From Truepera sp. (lineage in GTDB: Bacteria; Deinococcota; Deinococci; Deinococcales; Trueperaceae), in the NCBI GenBank assembly GCA_965218435.1, contig CBDCKW010000005.1, positions 128,001 through 192,000 on the forward strand: 64,000 bases of DNA. Direction: 5' to 3'. The position numbers and the translations under genes are program-made. Below are positions 20,039 through 30,653 of the stretch, one piece after another. The notes under the pieces are model-generated. The model ran no database searches. It had not been told where the DNA came from and saw only the letters and a program-made list of their open reading frames with translations. The first letter of the stretch is position 1, and each line of letters starts with the position of its first letter.

Positions 20039-21431
20039 GCTCGAGTACAGCGTCGCTATGACTCAGAAGACGCACGACGAACTCGCCGGATTTTTGCTGC
20101 GCGAAGACCTGCAAGAGGATCTGGTGTTCGCGCTCTACACACCGTCGCAGGGTGAGACGCGCTTCACCGCCCTGATCAGTGACATCATCTTTCCGCAAGA
20201 AGGCGAGCGCGAGGTTCACGGAAACGTCTCCTTCCATCAGCCCTATCTCGAGCGCGTTTACAGCGAGGCGCTCCTTCAAGAGAAAGGCGTCGTTTTTCTG
20301 CACAGCCACCTGGGCCCGGGCTGGCAGGGGATGAGCAGGGACGACGTTCACGCTGACACGCGCGTCGCCCTTAGCGCCGTTCCCACGACTTCCCTTCCGC
20401 TCCTTAGCATGACGTTAGGAACCGATGGCACCTGGAGTGCCAGAGCCTGGAGGAACGATGACGGCACGCCCAGCATGCGCTGGTGCGCGAACGTCCGGGT
20501 CGTCGGTACTCAGCTCAAGACCGACTTCGCGGATTGCGTGCGCCCGAAACCGCAACCGACCGAACGACAGAGGCGCACGGTCGCTGTCTGGGGCGAGGCG
20601 GAGCAAGCGAAGATGACACGGCTAACGGTCGGGATTGTGGGGCTCGGAAGTGTCGGCAGCCAGGTGTGCGAGCAGCTGGCCCGCTCCGGGTTCACCCGGC
20701 TCGTCTTCATCGACCACGACCGGGTCGAGGTGCACAACCTCGACCGCCTGGCGGGCGCGTTCCCGGAAAACCTGGGCGAGCTGAAGGTAGACGTAGCGGC
20801 CCGCAACGCCAAGCGGTCGAACACGGCCGACTCGGTGTCGGTAAGATCTGTACCGATGAAACTTACGAGCTCCGAAGGCTACCGCGCCGCCCTGGACTGC
20901 GACGTCCTGTTCAGCTGCGTAGATAGGCCACAGCCGCGCCGCCTGCTCGACCACCTGGCTTACGCTCACCTGATCCCTGTCATCGACGGCGGCATCCGAG
21001 TCAAGCATAAGGCTGGGGCGTTTTCGACGGTGAACTGGCAGGTACAGACGGTCGGACCCGGGCGTCCGTGCCTGGAGTGCGTCGGTGCGTACGACCCCGG
21101 TGAGGCCGACATGGATGCCAAGGGACTACTGGACGACCCCACCTATCTCGCAGGTCTCGGCAGTCGCAAGGGTGCGCGGGCCAGTGAGAACGTCTACACT
21201 TTCAGTAGCGCGGTGGCGTCCACGGAAATGATGCAACTCTTTGTGCTGGTGACTGGTCTGCAAAACTTTGGAATTCAGCGGTTCGACTTCCGCGCGGGCG
21301 TCACCGAGTCTTATCTAGAAGAGTCGCGTGACCTTTCGTGCTCGTGCAAAGACGACCTTCTCGGCACCGGAGACACGGTAGTGGACTGGCTCGCTCACGA
21401 CTTGGCCCTTGAGGCGCAGCACCAGAAGTAA
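20031..21431 (+). CDS. JAB/MPN-like peptidase fused to a ThiF/E1 adenylyltransferase
   Basis: N-terminal QED and HSHLGPGWQGMSRDD JAB-like motif; C-terminal GLGSVG, IDHDRVEVHNLDRL, SCVD, CLEC and CSC. Confidence 0.88.
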   Translation: MPELEYSVAMTQKTHDELAGFLLREDLQEDLVFALYTPSQGETRFTALISDIIFPQEGEREVHGNVSFHQPYLERVYSEALLQEKGVVFLHSHLGPGWQGMSRDDVHADTRVALSAVPTTSLPLLSMTLGTDGTWSARAWRNDDGTPSMRWCANVRVVGTQLKTDFADCVRPKPQPTERQRRTVAVWGEAEQAKMTRLTVGIVGLGSVGSQVCEQLARSGFTRLVFIDHDRVEVHNLDRLAGAFPENLGELKVDVAARNAKRSNTADSVSVRSVPMKLTSSEGYRAALDCDVLFSCVDRPQPRRLLDHLAYAHLIPVIDGGIRVKHKAGAFSTVNWQVQTVGPGRPCLECVGAYDPGEADMDAKGLLDDPTYLAGLGSRKGARASENVYTFSSAVASTEMMQLFVLVTGLQNFGIQRFDFRAGVTESYLEESRDLSCSCKDDLLGTGDTVVDWLAHDLALEAQHQK

Positions 21432-21498
21432 CTTAGGCTAGCTTTCTGGGCAGGGCGGATGTTGAGCCCTGTTCATCTTTTTCTATTAGGATACGGTC

Positions 21499-22602
21499 AT
21501 GAATGTTAATTATATCGGCCCACTCCGGGAACAGGTGGGCCTGTCCCAGACGGAGCTAGGCGAAAAGGTCGGCGTGACGCGCCAGACCATCGCCGTTTGG
21601 GAAAGGGGGGAGCGCCTCCCGTCGCTCGGTCAGCTCAGTCGCATCGCGGGCGCACTGGGCGTCTCACTCGACGTTTTCCTCCGGGCAGCCGAAGAGGAAG
21701 GTCCTACTCTGCTATTTCGGGCGGACGACGCAAGGGCACTAAACCCTTCCCTGCGCGCGCTCATTCAGCAGCGCGTGGAAGACTACGCCGATCTGGAGGC
21801 TTCGCTCAAGGAGACGCCGACGCTTCCTCCAGCCTACCCGCTCGACGAGTTCGACGCGGCGAAGGTCGAGCGGATTGCTACCCAGGTGCGCGATTTTCTG
21901 GGCGTCGAGGATGCGCCGCTCGGGGACGTAATCAGCCTTCTAGAGGACAAAGGCTTCAAAGTAGTTGTCACGCCCTTACCCAAGAGCGTAAGCGGCTTCT
22001 CGGCCTATACCGAAGCCTGGGGGGCTGTCATCATCGTCAATGCCAGCCATCCGGTGGACAGACAGTACTTTACGGCGCTTCATGAACTCGCCCACCTGAT
22101 CTGCCACCGTAAAGACTACAACCATCAAGAGATCAGGGAAGCGAAAGATCCTCGTGAGAAGATCGCCAACCGGATGGCAGGGGCCGTCCTCATCTCCCGC
22201 GAGATGATGGAACGTGAACTCCGCGGCTATCAGCATGCCTGGATTCCAACTCCCGTTCTTGCCAACCTCAAGCAGCGCTATAGCATGAGCATGGCCACGG
22301 TCCTTATGCGCGCCCGGGATCTCGGCATGATTACTGCACGGCAAGCTGGACAGCAGCTAGGCAAACTCAAAAAGTTGCGTGACGAAGATGGGAGTGAGCC
22401 TTCGAAACTCAAGCGTCAAGCGGACCAATTTGAGTCTGACATCTTTGTTGCTTATAACCGCTTGGAGCGGCTGGTGTACGAGGCCGCCAGCAAAGAGCTC
22501 ATCACTCGGTCCCGAGCTGCGGAAATTTTAAGCAAACCGCTGCTAGAAGTCCGGAAACAGCTTGAAGGCTGGCGATCTGAGCAGAGCCCGATCGAAAGTT
22601 GA
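21499..22602 (+). CDS. XRE-HTH / ImmA-IrrE-family zinc metallopeptidase fusion
   Basis: LSQTELGEKVGVTRQTIAVWERG HTH; FTALHELAH zincin motif; EKIANRMAG. Confidence 0.92.
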   Translation: MNVNYIGPLREQVGLSQTELGEKVGVTRQTIAVWERGERLPSLGQLSRIAGALGVSLDVFLRAAEEEGPTLLFRADDARALNPSLRALIQQRVEDYADLEASLKETPTLPPAYPLDEFDAAKVERIATQVRDFLGVEDAPLGDVISLLEDKGFKVVVTPLPKSVSGFSAYTEAWGAVIIVNASHPVDRQYFTALHELAHLICHRKDYNHQEIREAKDPREKIANRMAGAVLISREMMERELRGYQHAWIPTPVLANLKQRYSMSMATVLMRARDLGMITARQAGQQLGKLKKLRDEDGSEPSKLKRQADQFESDIFVAYNRLERLVYEAASKELITRSRAAEILSKPLLEVRKQLEGWRSEQSPIES

Positions 22603-23079
22603 TCCTTCTTGCCGACGCCAATATTCTCTTCGACTTTGGCTGAGTCGAAGACGGACTTTACCATTTGGCGTCTCTAGGGCCGCTCGAGGTTTTAGAGAAC
22701 GTCCGCGACGAAATTCGAGAAGATGACATCCTGCAAATCCTGGTCGACCTCCGTGTCACTATCGTGCCGTTGCAGGACGGCTGGAGTGACGTGATTCGTA
22801 GCGAAAAAAGGGGCGGTCTCAGCCTGCCAGACGCCACCTGTCTCCACTACGCGCGCACCTACGGACGGACGGTTTTGACGAGCGAACAGACTTTGAGAAA
22901 ACGCTGTCAGCAAAATAGTGTGGACGTTCACGGTAGCTTATGGGTTATCAAACAGCTCCACGAAAGACGTCAGTGCGCACCTTTTGTGCGTATGGTTGGA
23001 GTCTTGGCTTGAAGACGACGCCCGACTTCCCCAGGATGTGCTTGCGGGAATCCGTGTACTGCTCGGCTGCTCTAGCTGA
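22599..23079 (+). pseudogene. PIN-domain protein, broken
   Basis: TTG start overlapping the upstream stop: MILLADANILFDFG*(TGA 22641)...GLSLPDATCL...VLTSEQTLRK...HGSLWV; frameshift near 22980 before ...DARLP. Confidence 0.75.
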
Positions 23080-23200
23080 AAATGAGAGGGGAGAGCCGAT
23101 CACGGGTTCCACCGAGTTATAGCTATCTGAACCTTTGTTCATCACTACAACCTCTGAGCCCGACCGCCTGATGCAGTGCCTAGCCTGAGCCTAATGTCGC

Positions 23201-23587
23201 TTATACAATTCGCCAGGGAACCCGCACGAGACCTTCAATGTAACCGAAGTGTTTATCGAACTCGAGGAGCGGTACCTGATGCCGCAACGCGACCTGAGCG
23301 ATAAGGCCGTCTGTCGCAGGGATCGTCAGACCTTGACTCCGCAACTCCGCGAGCCGCTCACCAGCTGTCCGATAGTCGCTCTCCTCAGTTTTGAGCCGGA
23401 GCGTGGAGCGCATCAAATTACGTACGTCTTCTTCATCGGGACGTACGTTTTGCACCACTTCGAGTTCGACCATGCCGCAGACCGCTGCGTTTCCGTCGGC
23501 TAGAGCCGCGTCGACCCGCGCGGCTAACGGTTCTTGCCCCTGAAAGAAGGCAATCCAGGCACTGGTGTCGATCAAAACTTCAGCCAT
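23201..23587 (-). CDS. vapC: VapC PIN-domain toxin
   Basis: LIDTSAW, ELE, DGLIA, FDKHF acidic active-site motifs. Confidence 0.9.
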   Translation of the reverse strand: MAEVLIDTSAWIAFFQGQEPLAARVDAALADGNAAVCGMVELEVVQNVRPDEEDVRNLMRSTLRLKTEESDYRTAGERLAELRSQGLTIPATDGLIAQVALRHQVPLLEFDKHFGYIEGLVRVPWRIV

Positions 23588-23795
23588 TAGGCTCGAGTTC
23601 ACCCAGCTCGGCCGCTTCGATCTCTTCACTGCTGGTGATCTCGACCTTACCCCTAAGGGCACGGAACCGGTCGAGTCGGCGGCGGCGCAGATACTCACTC
23701 ACCGCCGTACTTATGGCTTGCGTCATATTGGTCGTGTGGGTAACCTCGAGCAGTTCTTGCAGCGTCTCGTCGTTTAGCGTAACAGACGTTCGCAT
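23580..23795 (-). CDS. vapB: VapB antitoxin (ribbon-helix-helix type)
   Basis: MRTSVTLNDETLQE...AISTAVSEYLRR; overlaps vapC. Confidence 0.88.
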   Translation of the reverse strand: MRTSVTLNDETLQELLEVTHTTNMTQAISTAVSEYLRRRRLDRFRALRGKVEITSSEEIEAAELGELEPNG

Positions 23796-23962
23796 AGGTT
23801 CCTTTCTTCATCATCTTATTGAGAATTCAGCTGTTGTACCTGCAAAGCACAGCGCACCATTTTAGTATACTCTAGCCGCAACATGATTGCACCAAAACTA
23901 CCTGCGTTCGAGATATTAAAAGGGGTGAACCTTTCCGAGTTGTAGTTCAACATTTACCTATT

Positions 23963-23990
23963 CCCCCACCTAACTGACCTTATGTTGGTA
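23963..23990. other. Possible dif-like 28-bp tyrosine-recombinase site
   Basis: CCCCCACCTAA-CTGACC-TTATGTTGGTA (11-6-11; arms 7/11 inverted), about 95 bp upstream of the recombinase. Confidence 0.45.
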
Positions 23991-24085
23991 GTATTGACAG
24001 ATGGGGAAGAGGTGCACGATGAAGCGTGGGTATACCTTATATATAGAGATGTATCTTAGCGGCAAGTCCGCTCGAGGTCGGGTCA

Positions 24086-25477
24086 GTGCCTGACCTCGAG
24101 CCCAGACACCTCACGGCTGAACAGAAGCGCCAGCTCGAGGTCGCTCTCAGAGCGGTTTATCCCACCGAGGCCATACCCAGTCTCAGCGACCTCCGGCGCG
24201 ATCCGGCGCGACTCGCTTCACTATCCGAGCTTGTTGCGCTGTTTGGTGAACAGCTGCCGGAGCGCCAGCAAGCGTCGCTCGTTCGCACCTTGGGGTTACA
24301 GGGCCTACCAGCTGAAACGTTAGCGCAAGTTGGCTTCGACTTGGGGGTTACCCGCGAGCGCGTTCGGGCAATTAGCAAGCAAGCACTTACGAATCTCAAA
24401 AAGGTGGCGCTTGCGACCGGCGTACAGGTCGAGACGCTGCTCGAGCCACCCACCAGCGGGGCGGGCGTAAGTCTCGAGCTTTATCAGGGGAGCGCCACCG
24501 AGCGGGCCGTCCAGTGGGCGTCGTTTCCTTCAGATGATCTCCGGCGTTTGGCTGTCGCGGCCGCCGGAGCGCGTGATGCTGAAGGGTTATGGCGGCTAAC
24601 CGACGCGTACCTTACACTACACGGCACGAAAGGTTCAGCAGTCAGTGAGCGCACCCGCGATGCGTACCGGCGTGGCCTCGTCGACCTGATCAAAGACTGG
24701 CAGGGTGAGAGCCTGCTCCGGCCTAGCCGCGACGCCGGTGTGGTGTGGGTCAGGCAGCTCGAGGCGAAACCGGTGCGCGATCCTAGGACGGGCGAACCAA
24801 AACGCGACGCCGTCTCGGGAAGCCTTAAGGTGCTGAGCCCAGCCACCGTTCAGGCAAAACTTGCTGCGGCCAGAGCGCTCTACCGGGCGCTCCGCTGGGC
24901 GGGCGCGACAACCGCAACCCCGTTTGAAAACGTCAAAGTCACCAAAGACCCGGTGCCAGCCTGGGAAAAGCGCAGCGCATATACACCTGAAGAGATCGAA
25001 GCACTCCTGGAGGTCGCCGAGGGTCCCGACAAGGTGATGGTCTTGTTAGGAGCGCACGCAGGGTTGCGGATCGCTGAGATGACAGCGCTCAGATGGCCAG
25101 ATCTCGACTGGCGCAGCAAAGAACTTGTGGTGCGCCAGGGTAAAGGGGGCAAGACCGCGCGCGTGGCGATGACGCGGCGGCTGCGTGAGACGCTACGGGA
25201 CTGTCCACACGACGCGGCCGACCTTAACGGCTTTGTTCTTCCCTTCCGTACGTACCGGGCGCGCGAACGTTTTCAAAAGCTCTGTCTCCTTGCCGGGGTC
25301 GAGTACAGCGGCAAAGAAGTGCACGGCCTGAGACACGGAGCGGGTACCCGGACGTACCTGCAGTTCAGGGATCTGGGCCGCGTGGCGCAGCACCTGCGGC
25401 AAGCGAGCGTCGATACCGCCCGGCGTTACGCCAAGATGGCCGACCGGGTCGTCGGTGAGGGTATCGAGGAGTGGTGA
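24086..25477 (+). CDS. Tyrosine recombinase with an N-terminal sigma-70 region-4-like HTH
   Basis: ETLAQVGFDLGVTRERVRAISKQALTNLK; catalytic GLRIAE, GKGGK, HGLRH, RRYA. Confidence 0.9.
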   Translation: MPDLEPRHLTAEQKRQLEVALRAVYPTEAIPSLSDLRRDPARLASLSELVALFGEQLPERQQASLVRTLGLQGLPAETLAQVGFDLGVTRERVRAISKQALTNLKKVALATGVQVETLLEPPTSGAGVSLELYQGSATERAVQWASFPSDDLRRLAVAAAGARDAEGLWRLTDAYLTLHGTKGSAVSERTRDAYRRGLVDLIKDWQGESLLRPSRDAGVVWVRQLEAKPVRDPRTGEPKRDAVSGSLKVLSPATVQAKLAAARALYRALRWAGATTATPFENVKVTKDPVPAWEKRSAYTPEEIEALLEVAEGPDKVMVLLGAHAGLRIAEMTALRWPDLDWRSKELVVRQGKGGKTARVAMTRRLRETLRDCPHDAADLNGFVLPFRTYRARERFQKLCLLAGVEYSGKEVHGLRHGAGTRTYLQFRDLGRVAQHLRQASVDTARRYAKMADRVVGEGIEEW

Positions 25478-25589
25478 GCAGTAACCTGCCGCCCGGAGAA
25501 GATTTATTCCAGGTGGCTAACCCCTGGCGTACTCAAACAAATTTTCTCTCCAGTTTGCCCTACTTAAAGACGTCAGAAGACTCGAGGCT

Positions 25590-26142
25590 GGGGCACGGAC
25601 GAGGTTGCTCACCGGATGCTCCTCACCTCGACGCCGTGAGGCACCTCGCCCCACCCCCGGTCGGCCGTGACCGCGACGGCACCCAGAAGCCGGGCCGTCG
25701 CGAGGCAGGCGCGGTCGGCCAGCGAGAGCCCGTGCGTCTTCGTCTGTCGGTACAGTTCCCCCGCTAGTTGCGCCTCTTGCGGCGTAAAAGGAGTCACGCT
25801 TAGTCCTAAGAGTCAACTCCTGGAGGAGCGTGTCGACCGGCCGTTCCCTAGCCACAGACTTCTGCACCACTTCAGCAAAATTGACGCTGTTCATCACTGC
25901 GCCGTCAAGGCTCACGTTCTCCGCCCCCGGTTCGCGTTGTAAAAGTGCCAGGACTGCCGAGGCGTCCGTCACTTCACGGCGACTCACGGCGCGCCTCCTC
26001 ACGGCGCTCTTCGATCAGCTCATCGGCTAGACTCACCCCTAGGTCGGCGTAGCGGTTTTGCAACCGCTCGAGCAACGCCTTGCGGGGTTCAATTACCAGG
26101 CGACCCCCTCGAGCCAGGCGACCACTTCGTCGCCATTCTCGA
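25590..26142 (-). repeat. Inverted copy of 30485-31039 (partial antitoxin, frameshifted vapC, first codons of recombinase 2)
   Basis: Near-identical reverse complement; this copy lacks 2 bp (GC) in vapC. Confidence 0.92.
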
Positions 26143-27036
26143 AATGTGCGTGTCGTTTTGCCCGTAAAAGAGGGTTTTAACAGGCAAAACGACCCTTTCC
26201 GCAGCCAGCTAGAAATTATGGAGTTGGATAGCGGTCACAGACATATTATTCATAGTGAAGACAGTGTGTTCGAAGCGCCGAATTGGACGCGCGACGGCAA
26301 AGAGCTGATCTACAACCAGGCCGGACGCCTATACCGCTTTGATTTAACCACCAAATCGTCCTCGGTCATCGACACGGGAGAGGTCCTTAGAAACAACAAT
26401 GACCATGTGCTCTCTTTCGACGGACAGACGCTCGCTATTAGCAGTCAAGACGAGAAAAATGGTTCACTGATCTACACGGTCCCTACCAGAGGTGGTACAC
26501 CCAAGCTAGTGACGCCAACCGGGCCGTCTTATCTCCACGGCTGGTCACCTGACGGCAAATTGTTGGTTTATACCGGTCAGCGAAATGGTGAGTTCAACAT
26601 CTACGCTATTTCTGCCGAAGGCGGTGAGGAAATTCAGCTAACGAACACGGCGGGACTAGACGATGGTCCTGAATATACGCCAGACGGCCAATTTATTTAC
26701 TTTAATTCTGTTCGTACCGGGCGGATGCATATCTGGCGGATGAAAGCTGACGGTAGTGCTCAAGAGCAACTCACAGATGACGAATATGACAACTGGTTTC
26801 CCCATATTTCTCCTGAGGGCAAGCAAATCATCTTCTTGACCTACCTTGTAGGTGAGGTGGAACCAAGCGATCATCCAGCTGCTAAACGGGCCTACCTGCG
26901 GACTATGCCCCTAAACGGAGGCACGCCAAAAGTAGTGACTTATCTTTATGGGGGGCAAGGGACAATGAACGTCCCTTCTTGGTCGCCAGACGGTATGCGA
27001 GTAGCTTTTGTTAGCAATACCGTTCCTGAGTCCTAG
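26143..27036 (+). pseudogene. TolB-like beta-propeller (PD40 repeat) protein, 5'-truncated
   Basis: [55 protein letters not shown]; frame starts at the duplication breakpoint. Confidence 0.8.
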
Positions 27037-27226
27037 AGCACGATCTAGTCGCGGGACAGAATCTTGTCACAAATTTTTAGCGACGATACAGCCTGAGACA
27101 GGCCGCTTTTGACCTGGAAGGTTTGGGCGTAGGGGATAATTTGTCAGCGTGTGAAGCTCAGCGGGTACCTCGACATTTTGTTTCCTTGTAGTTAAGACGG
27201 TTGCGCTCAACTACCGGCAAATAAAT

Positions 27227-27960
27227 TACCCCGTTTGCTACCCAAAGAGGAGTTTAGAGTGAATGAGATTTTGAGCGGCTATCTTGAGGTTGACCCGAGA
27301 CCGAAGTGAGTGGAAGTTTTTAATCTGGGCGGCGTGCAGCGTAAGAGAGCCGATAAGCACGCTAAAACTCGTTTCGATGCGCTTACGAATGCGGTTAAGC
27401 GTCTTGTTTCAACAACTTGGGCCAGTCATGTTTTTGCGGTTGTGTGTCGTGATCTGCTCGTAGCCCAGATACGCTTTGTCACCGATGATAAGCTCAGTCA
27501 TAGCTTCGATAAGTTTAGGGACAAGCGCAGCTTCATGATGATGGGCAGCGGCAAAACTCCAGCGTTTGAAGAGACCCTGCACGTTGACCAAAGCGTGCAG
27601 TTTAAAACCGTAGACCATGATCGTGGGCGTACGTTGCCGCCCCGTCACAACCCAATAGCGCTGCCAAAAGACAACCTGCCAGTAAACGCGTAAGTGCGAC
27701 TCTCGAGAGCGGGCTGCCTGTTCACTATCAAAAGGGCGCTGCAGATTTTCGATAAAGGGCTCGGTTATTGTTTGGGCCGCGACGAGCTTGTCTTTGGTGT
27801 CGGTCACGAGATGAAACTGGAAGAGGGTCATGCCCTTGAACATTTGGAGGGTGTAGGGCTCGAGCACGTTGATGCCGATGTCCAGAGCTTGGGGGATGCA
27901 GCCGTCAAGCGCCTCGGTGAAGTGATCGAAACGACTGAAACCTTTGAAACCTACGCTATG
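27227..27960 (-). pseudogene. IS982-family transposase remnant
   Basis: YGFKLHALV, AAHHHE, IGDKAY, RKNM, RKRIETSFS motifs with stops; boundaries approximate. Confidence 0.7.
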
Positions 27961-27985
27961 AGGTCAGTCTGCATAAGATCTGACC

Positions 27986-28716
27986 TTAAAGCGCGGTTTT
28001 AAGAAGCCAAAGGATAAGCAGGTGGCCGGGGTAGAAGCCGTAGAAGAACCATTTAAGTCTCGGTAAATAGGGCAGCTGGACGGTGCGCACAGCGTAGATG
28101 AGTGGGATAGCCAGCCACGCCGCCAACGACGCCTCCTGAGGACTGTTGATGGTGACCAGCAGCACGATCATAAGCACACCGTTTACGACGGTCGGGCGTT
28201 TGAGAAAAAGCATCATGCTGGGGATCAGCAACACCCCGAGCGGCCCGTACTCGACGCTGATGCCTAGGAGCAGCCCTAGATAGAGGCCCGCGAGCCAGCT
28301 TGTCCCTGCCCCACCCAGCCTTCCGGCAGGTGACGGGCAAACCACGCCCGTAGGGGGAGGAAACTCGAGCCCAGCAGCAGCGTGAAGAAGATGTTGAGGG
28401 GCAGAACCTGACGGCCCAAGGCGAGCATGGCAGGCACCTGTGAGACGAGTCCAAAGAGCAGTAGCGGTAGGGCGTACCGCTCGGGCTTTACGTAACGAAC
28501 AGCGATGTTGTAGGCGATTAGGAAAGCAAACAGGGGAAAGGCGATGCGTCCTAGCGTAAAGGCCCACGGTTGGAACGTCCAGAAGGTATGGTTGGCATGG
28601 TCTAAAATCATCAGGGCGATCGCGAGCCACTTGAGGAGCGTCTGCTACGACGGGCTTAACGTCAGCCACGTTGGTTGCATATGAAGCGTCTGGGGTCGGC
28701 TGAGGGTGCTGGCCAT
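27986..28716 (-). pseudogene. traX: TraX-family membrane protein, broken
   Basis: LKWLAIALMILDH, GRIAFPLFAF, LNIFFTL, VEYG, FYGFYPGHLLILW; in-frame TAG and a frameshift. Confidence 0.8.
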
Positions 28717-29146
28717 CCGGTTAGCGTAGGGCGTTTCCAGGATGTACCGGGAAGACTTCGGGGGAACTAGGGTGTGCGTCATAGCTTTACCCTAGAAGAC
28801 CGCCATAAAGTCTGCTCGATTAAGGATGTAGCGCAGCGAAACGTGGTGCATGATACGACCACGTACCTGAGGCATTCGGGGCCAGTGACGGTGCTAGTAT
28901 TGCAGAATCGGCAACTTCGGAAGCTTGTCTGGTTCGCCCCTGAACTATTGCCTTACCGGTTGAGCGAGACGCTGGTGCTCGAGCGGACCAGGGTTCAGCA
29001 GCATAAGCTTTACCGAGGGAGCAAGCAGATGGTATCGACTAGCGTCATTGTATTTAAGCAAGTGGCAGGTGCCGGGCACGCATAAAGGGTGACGTTAACG
29101 CAGACTCGTTTTTGCTGGGAGAATAAAATCGTCGTGAAAATATATT

Positions 29147-29174
29147 GGTTAACATAAACCGCTTTATGTTAAAC
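29147..29174. other. dif-like symmetric 28-bp tyrosine-recombinase site
   Basis: GGTTAACATAA-ACCGCT-TTATGTTAAAC; right arm matches the XerD arm TTATGTTAAAT at 10/11. Confidence 0.7.
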
Positions 29175-29193
29175 AGCTTTATATGTATTTCAC

Positions 29194-30322
29194 CTAAGTA
29201 CGGGACAAATCAAAGGAAAAAGGCTTCCTGAGCGAGAATAGCTGTGTGAAAGAATCTCGTGGAAGCCATTATCAGCATAAGACAAGCCTGAAACAAATAC
29301 TAGCGGCAAAGTTGCCTATGAATGGAGCAAGGCTGACATGCCTGAGCACGTTGCTACTCGTACTGATTCAAGAGAAGACGGTCAACCTAGTAAGTCTGAG
29401 CTTAGCATTTCAGGGTAGAGCGGAGCCAGAATCAGCGTACCGTCGCATCAAGCGATTTTTTACAGAAGTACGCTTAGACAAGGTGAAAGTTGCTCAGTTT
29501 ATCCTCAACTTGCTACCACCACCGCCTTACACCGTCTGCGTTGACCGCACGAACTGGCAGTTTGGCAGCCTCGACATCAACATTCTAGTGATTGCCATAG
29601 CCCATAGAGGTGTTGCTTTTCCTATCGTATGGTCGTTTCTGAATAAAGGTGGAAATTCATCTAGTGAAGAACGTATCAGCCTGCTCCAATGTTTTTTCGA
29701 GCTTATAGCCTCCAAAGACGTAGCGTTTTTCTTGGCTGATAGGGAGTTTATCGGAGTAACCTGGATTAACTATCTGGATAAACGCCAGGTTCCTTTTGCC
29801 ATTCGTATCCGTAAAGACAGCCTATGTGACAACTGGTGTCCCGTTCGTGCGCTTTTCGCCCACTTAGCTATAGGCGAACTCAAGGTTCTAAACAATAGCT
29901 ATGGCTTTTACGGCTGTAACTTGCGTGCCGCTGGTATGAAGCTCTCTGGTAGCGATTACCTCATAGTTGTCACCAACCGTGCGCCTGCTCAAGCCTTTGT
30001 GGTTTACAAGCGTAGGTGGGAGATCGAAATGCTTTTTTCCGCCTTGAAAACAACCGGCTTTGAGCTTGAAGCTAGCCACCTTACTCGGCTTTATAAACTC
30101 GATACCCTTTTTACCCTCTTGGCTCTGGCTTTTACCTGGGCGCATCATGTAGGTGAATGGCTCCACGACAGCAAACGAAAGCTTCTGCGTATCAAGTCTC
30201 ACCTACGCAGAGAAAAGTCTTTCTTCCGTCACGGTCTTGACTATCTCAGGCATCTGCTTAAGAATCTACACCTCAAGCATGACGACCTGCTTCTCTGTAT
30301 TCACTTTTTGTCCCGTACTTAG
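29194..30322 (+). mobile_element. IS4-family insertion sequence, complete
   Basis: 16-bp inverted repeats CTAAGTACGGGACAAA; 9-bp target duplication GTATTTCAC (29185-29193 and 30323-30331). Confidence 0.93.
29246..30322 (+). CDS. IS4-family DDE transposase
   Basis: VDRTNWQFG, LADREFIG, YKRRWEIEMLFSALK (YREK-like). Confidence 0.92.
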   Translation: MKESRGSHYQHKTSLKQILAAKLPMNGARLTCLSTLLLVLIQEKTVNLVSLSLAFQGRAEPESAYRRIKRFFTEVRLDKVKVAQFILNLLPPPPYTVCVDRTNWQFGSLDINILVIAIAHRGVAFPIVWSFLNKGGNSSSEERISLLQCFFELIASKDVAFFLADREFIGVTWINYLDKRQVPFAIRIRKDSLCDNWCPVRALFAHLAIGELKVLNNSYGFYGCNLRAAGMKLSGSDYLIVVTNRAPAQAFVVYKRRWEIEMLFSALKTTGFELEASHLTRLYKLDTLFTLLALAFTWAHHVGEWLHDSKRKLLRIKSHLRREKSFFRHGLDYLRHLLKNLHLKHDDLLLCIHFLSRT

Positions 30323-30399
30323 GTATTTCACAAGCATATTTTGAGTAGGAAATCGGAGCGAAAAAGGAATTGTCAGTGAAATTAGGAGTACACTGGAGT

Positions 30400-30653
30400 G
30401 TGGAAACTTCCCAGTTGCAGAATATCAGATTCGATGCTCAAGGAAGAGCACTTATCCCCAAAGGTATGCGCGACGCACTTCATATCGAGAATGGCGACGA
30501 AGTGGTCGCCTGGCTCGAGGGGGTCGCCTGGTAATTGAACCCCGCAAGGCGTTGCTCGAGCGGTTGCAAAACCGCTACGCCGACCTAGGGGTGAGTCTAG
30601 CCGATGAGCTGATCGAAGAGCGCCGTGAGGAGGCGCGCCGTGAGTCGCCGTGA
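30400..30653 (+). pseudogene. AbrB/MazE-type antitoxin with a 1-bp frameshift
   Basis: FDAQGRALIPKGMRDALHIENGDEV..LE / GRLVIEP..SLADELIEERR; G5 run at 30519-30523 is one base short. Confidence 0.8.

Noticed and set aside
28774..29085. 103-aa ORF upstream of the dif-like site
   Set aside because: No recognisable family; may be a decayed gene fragment.
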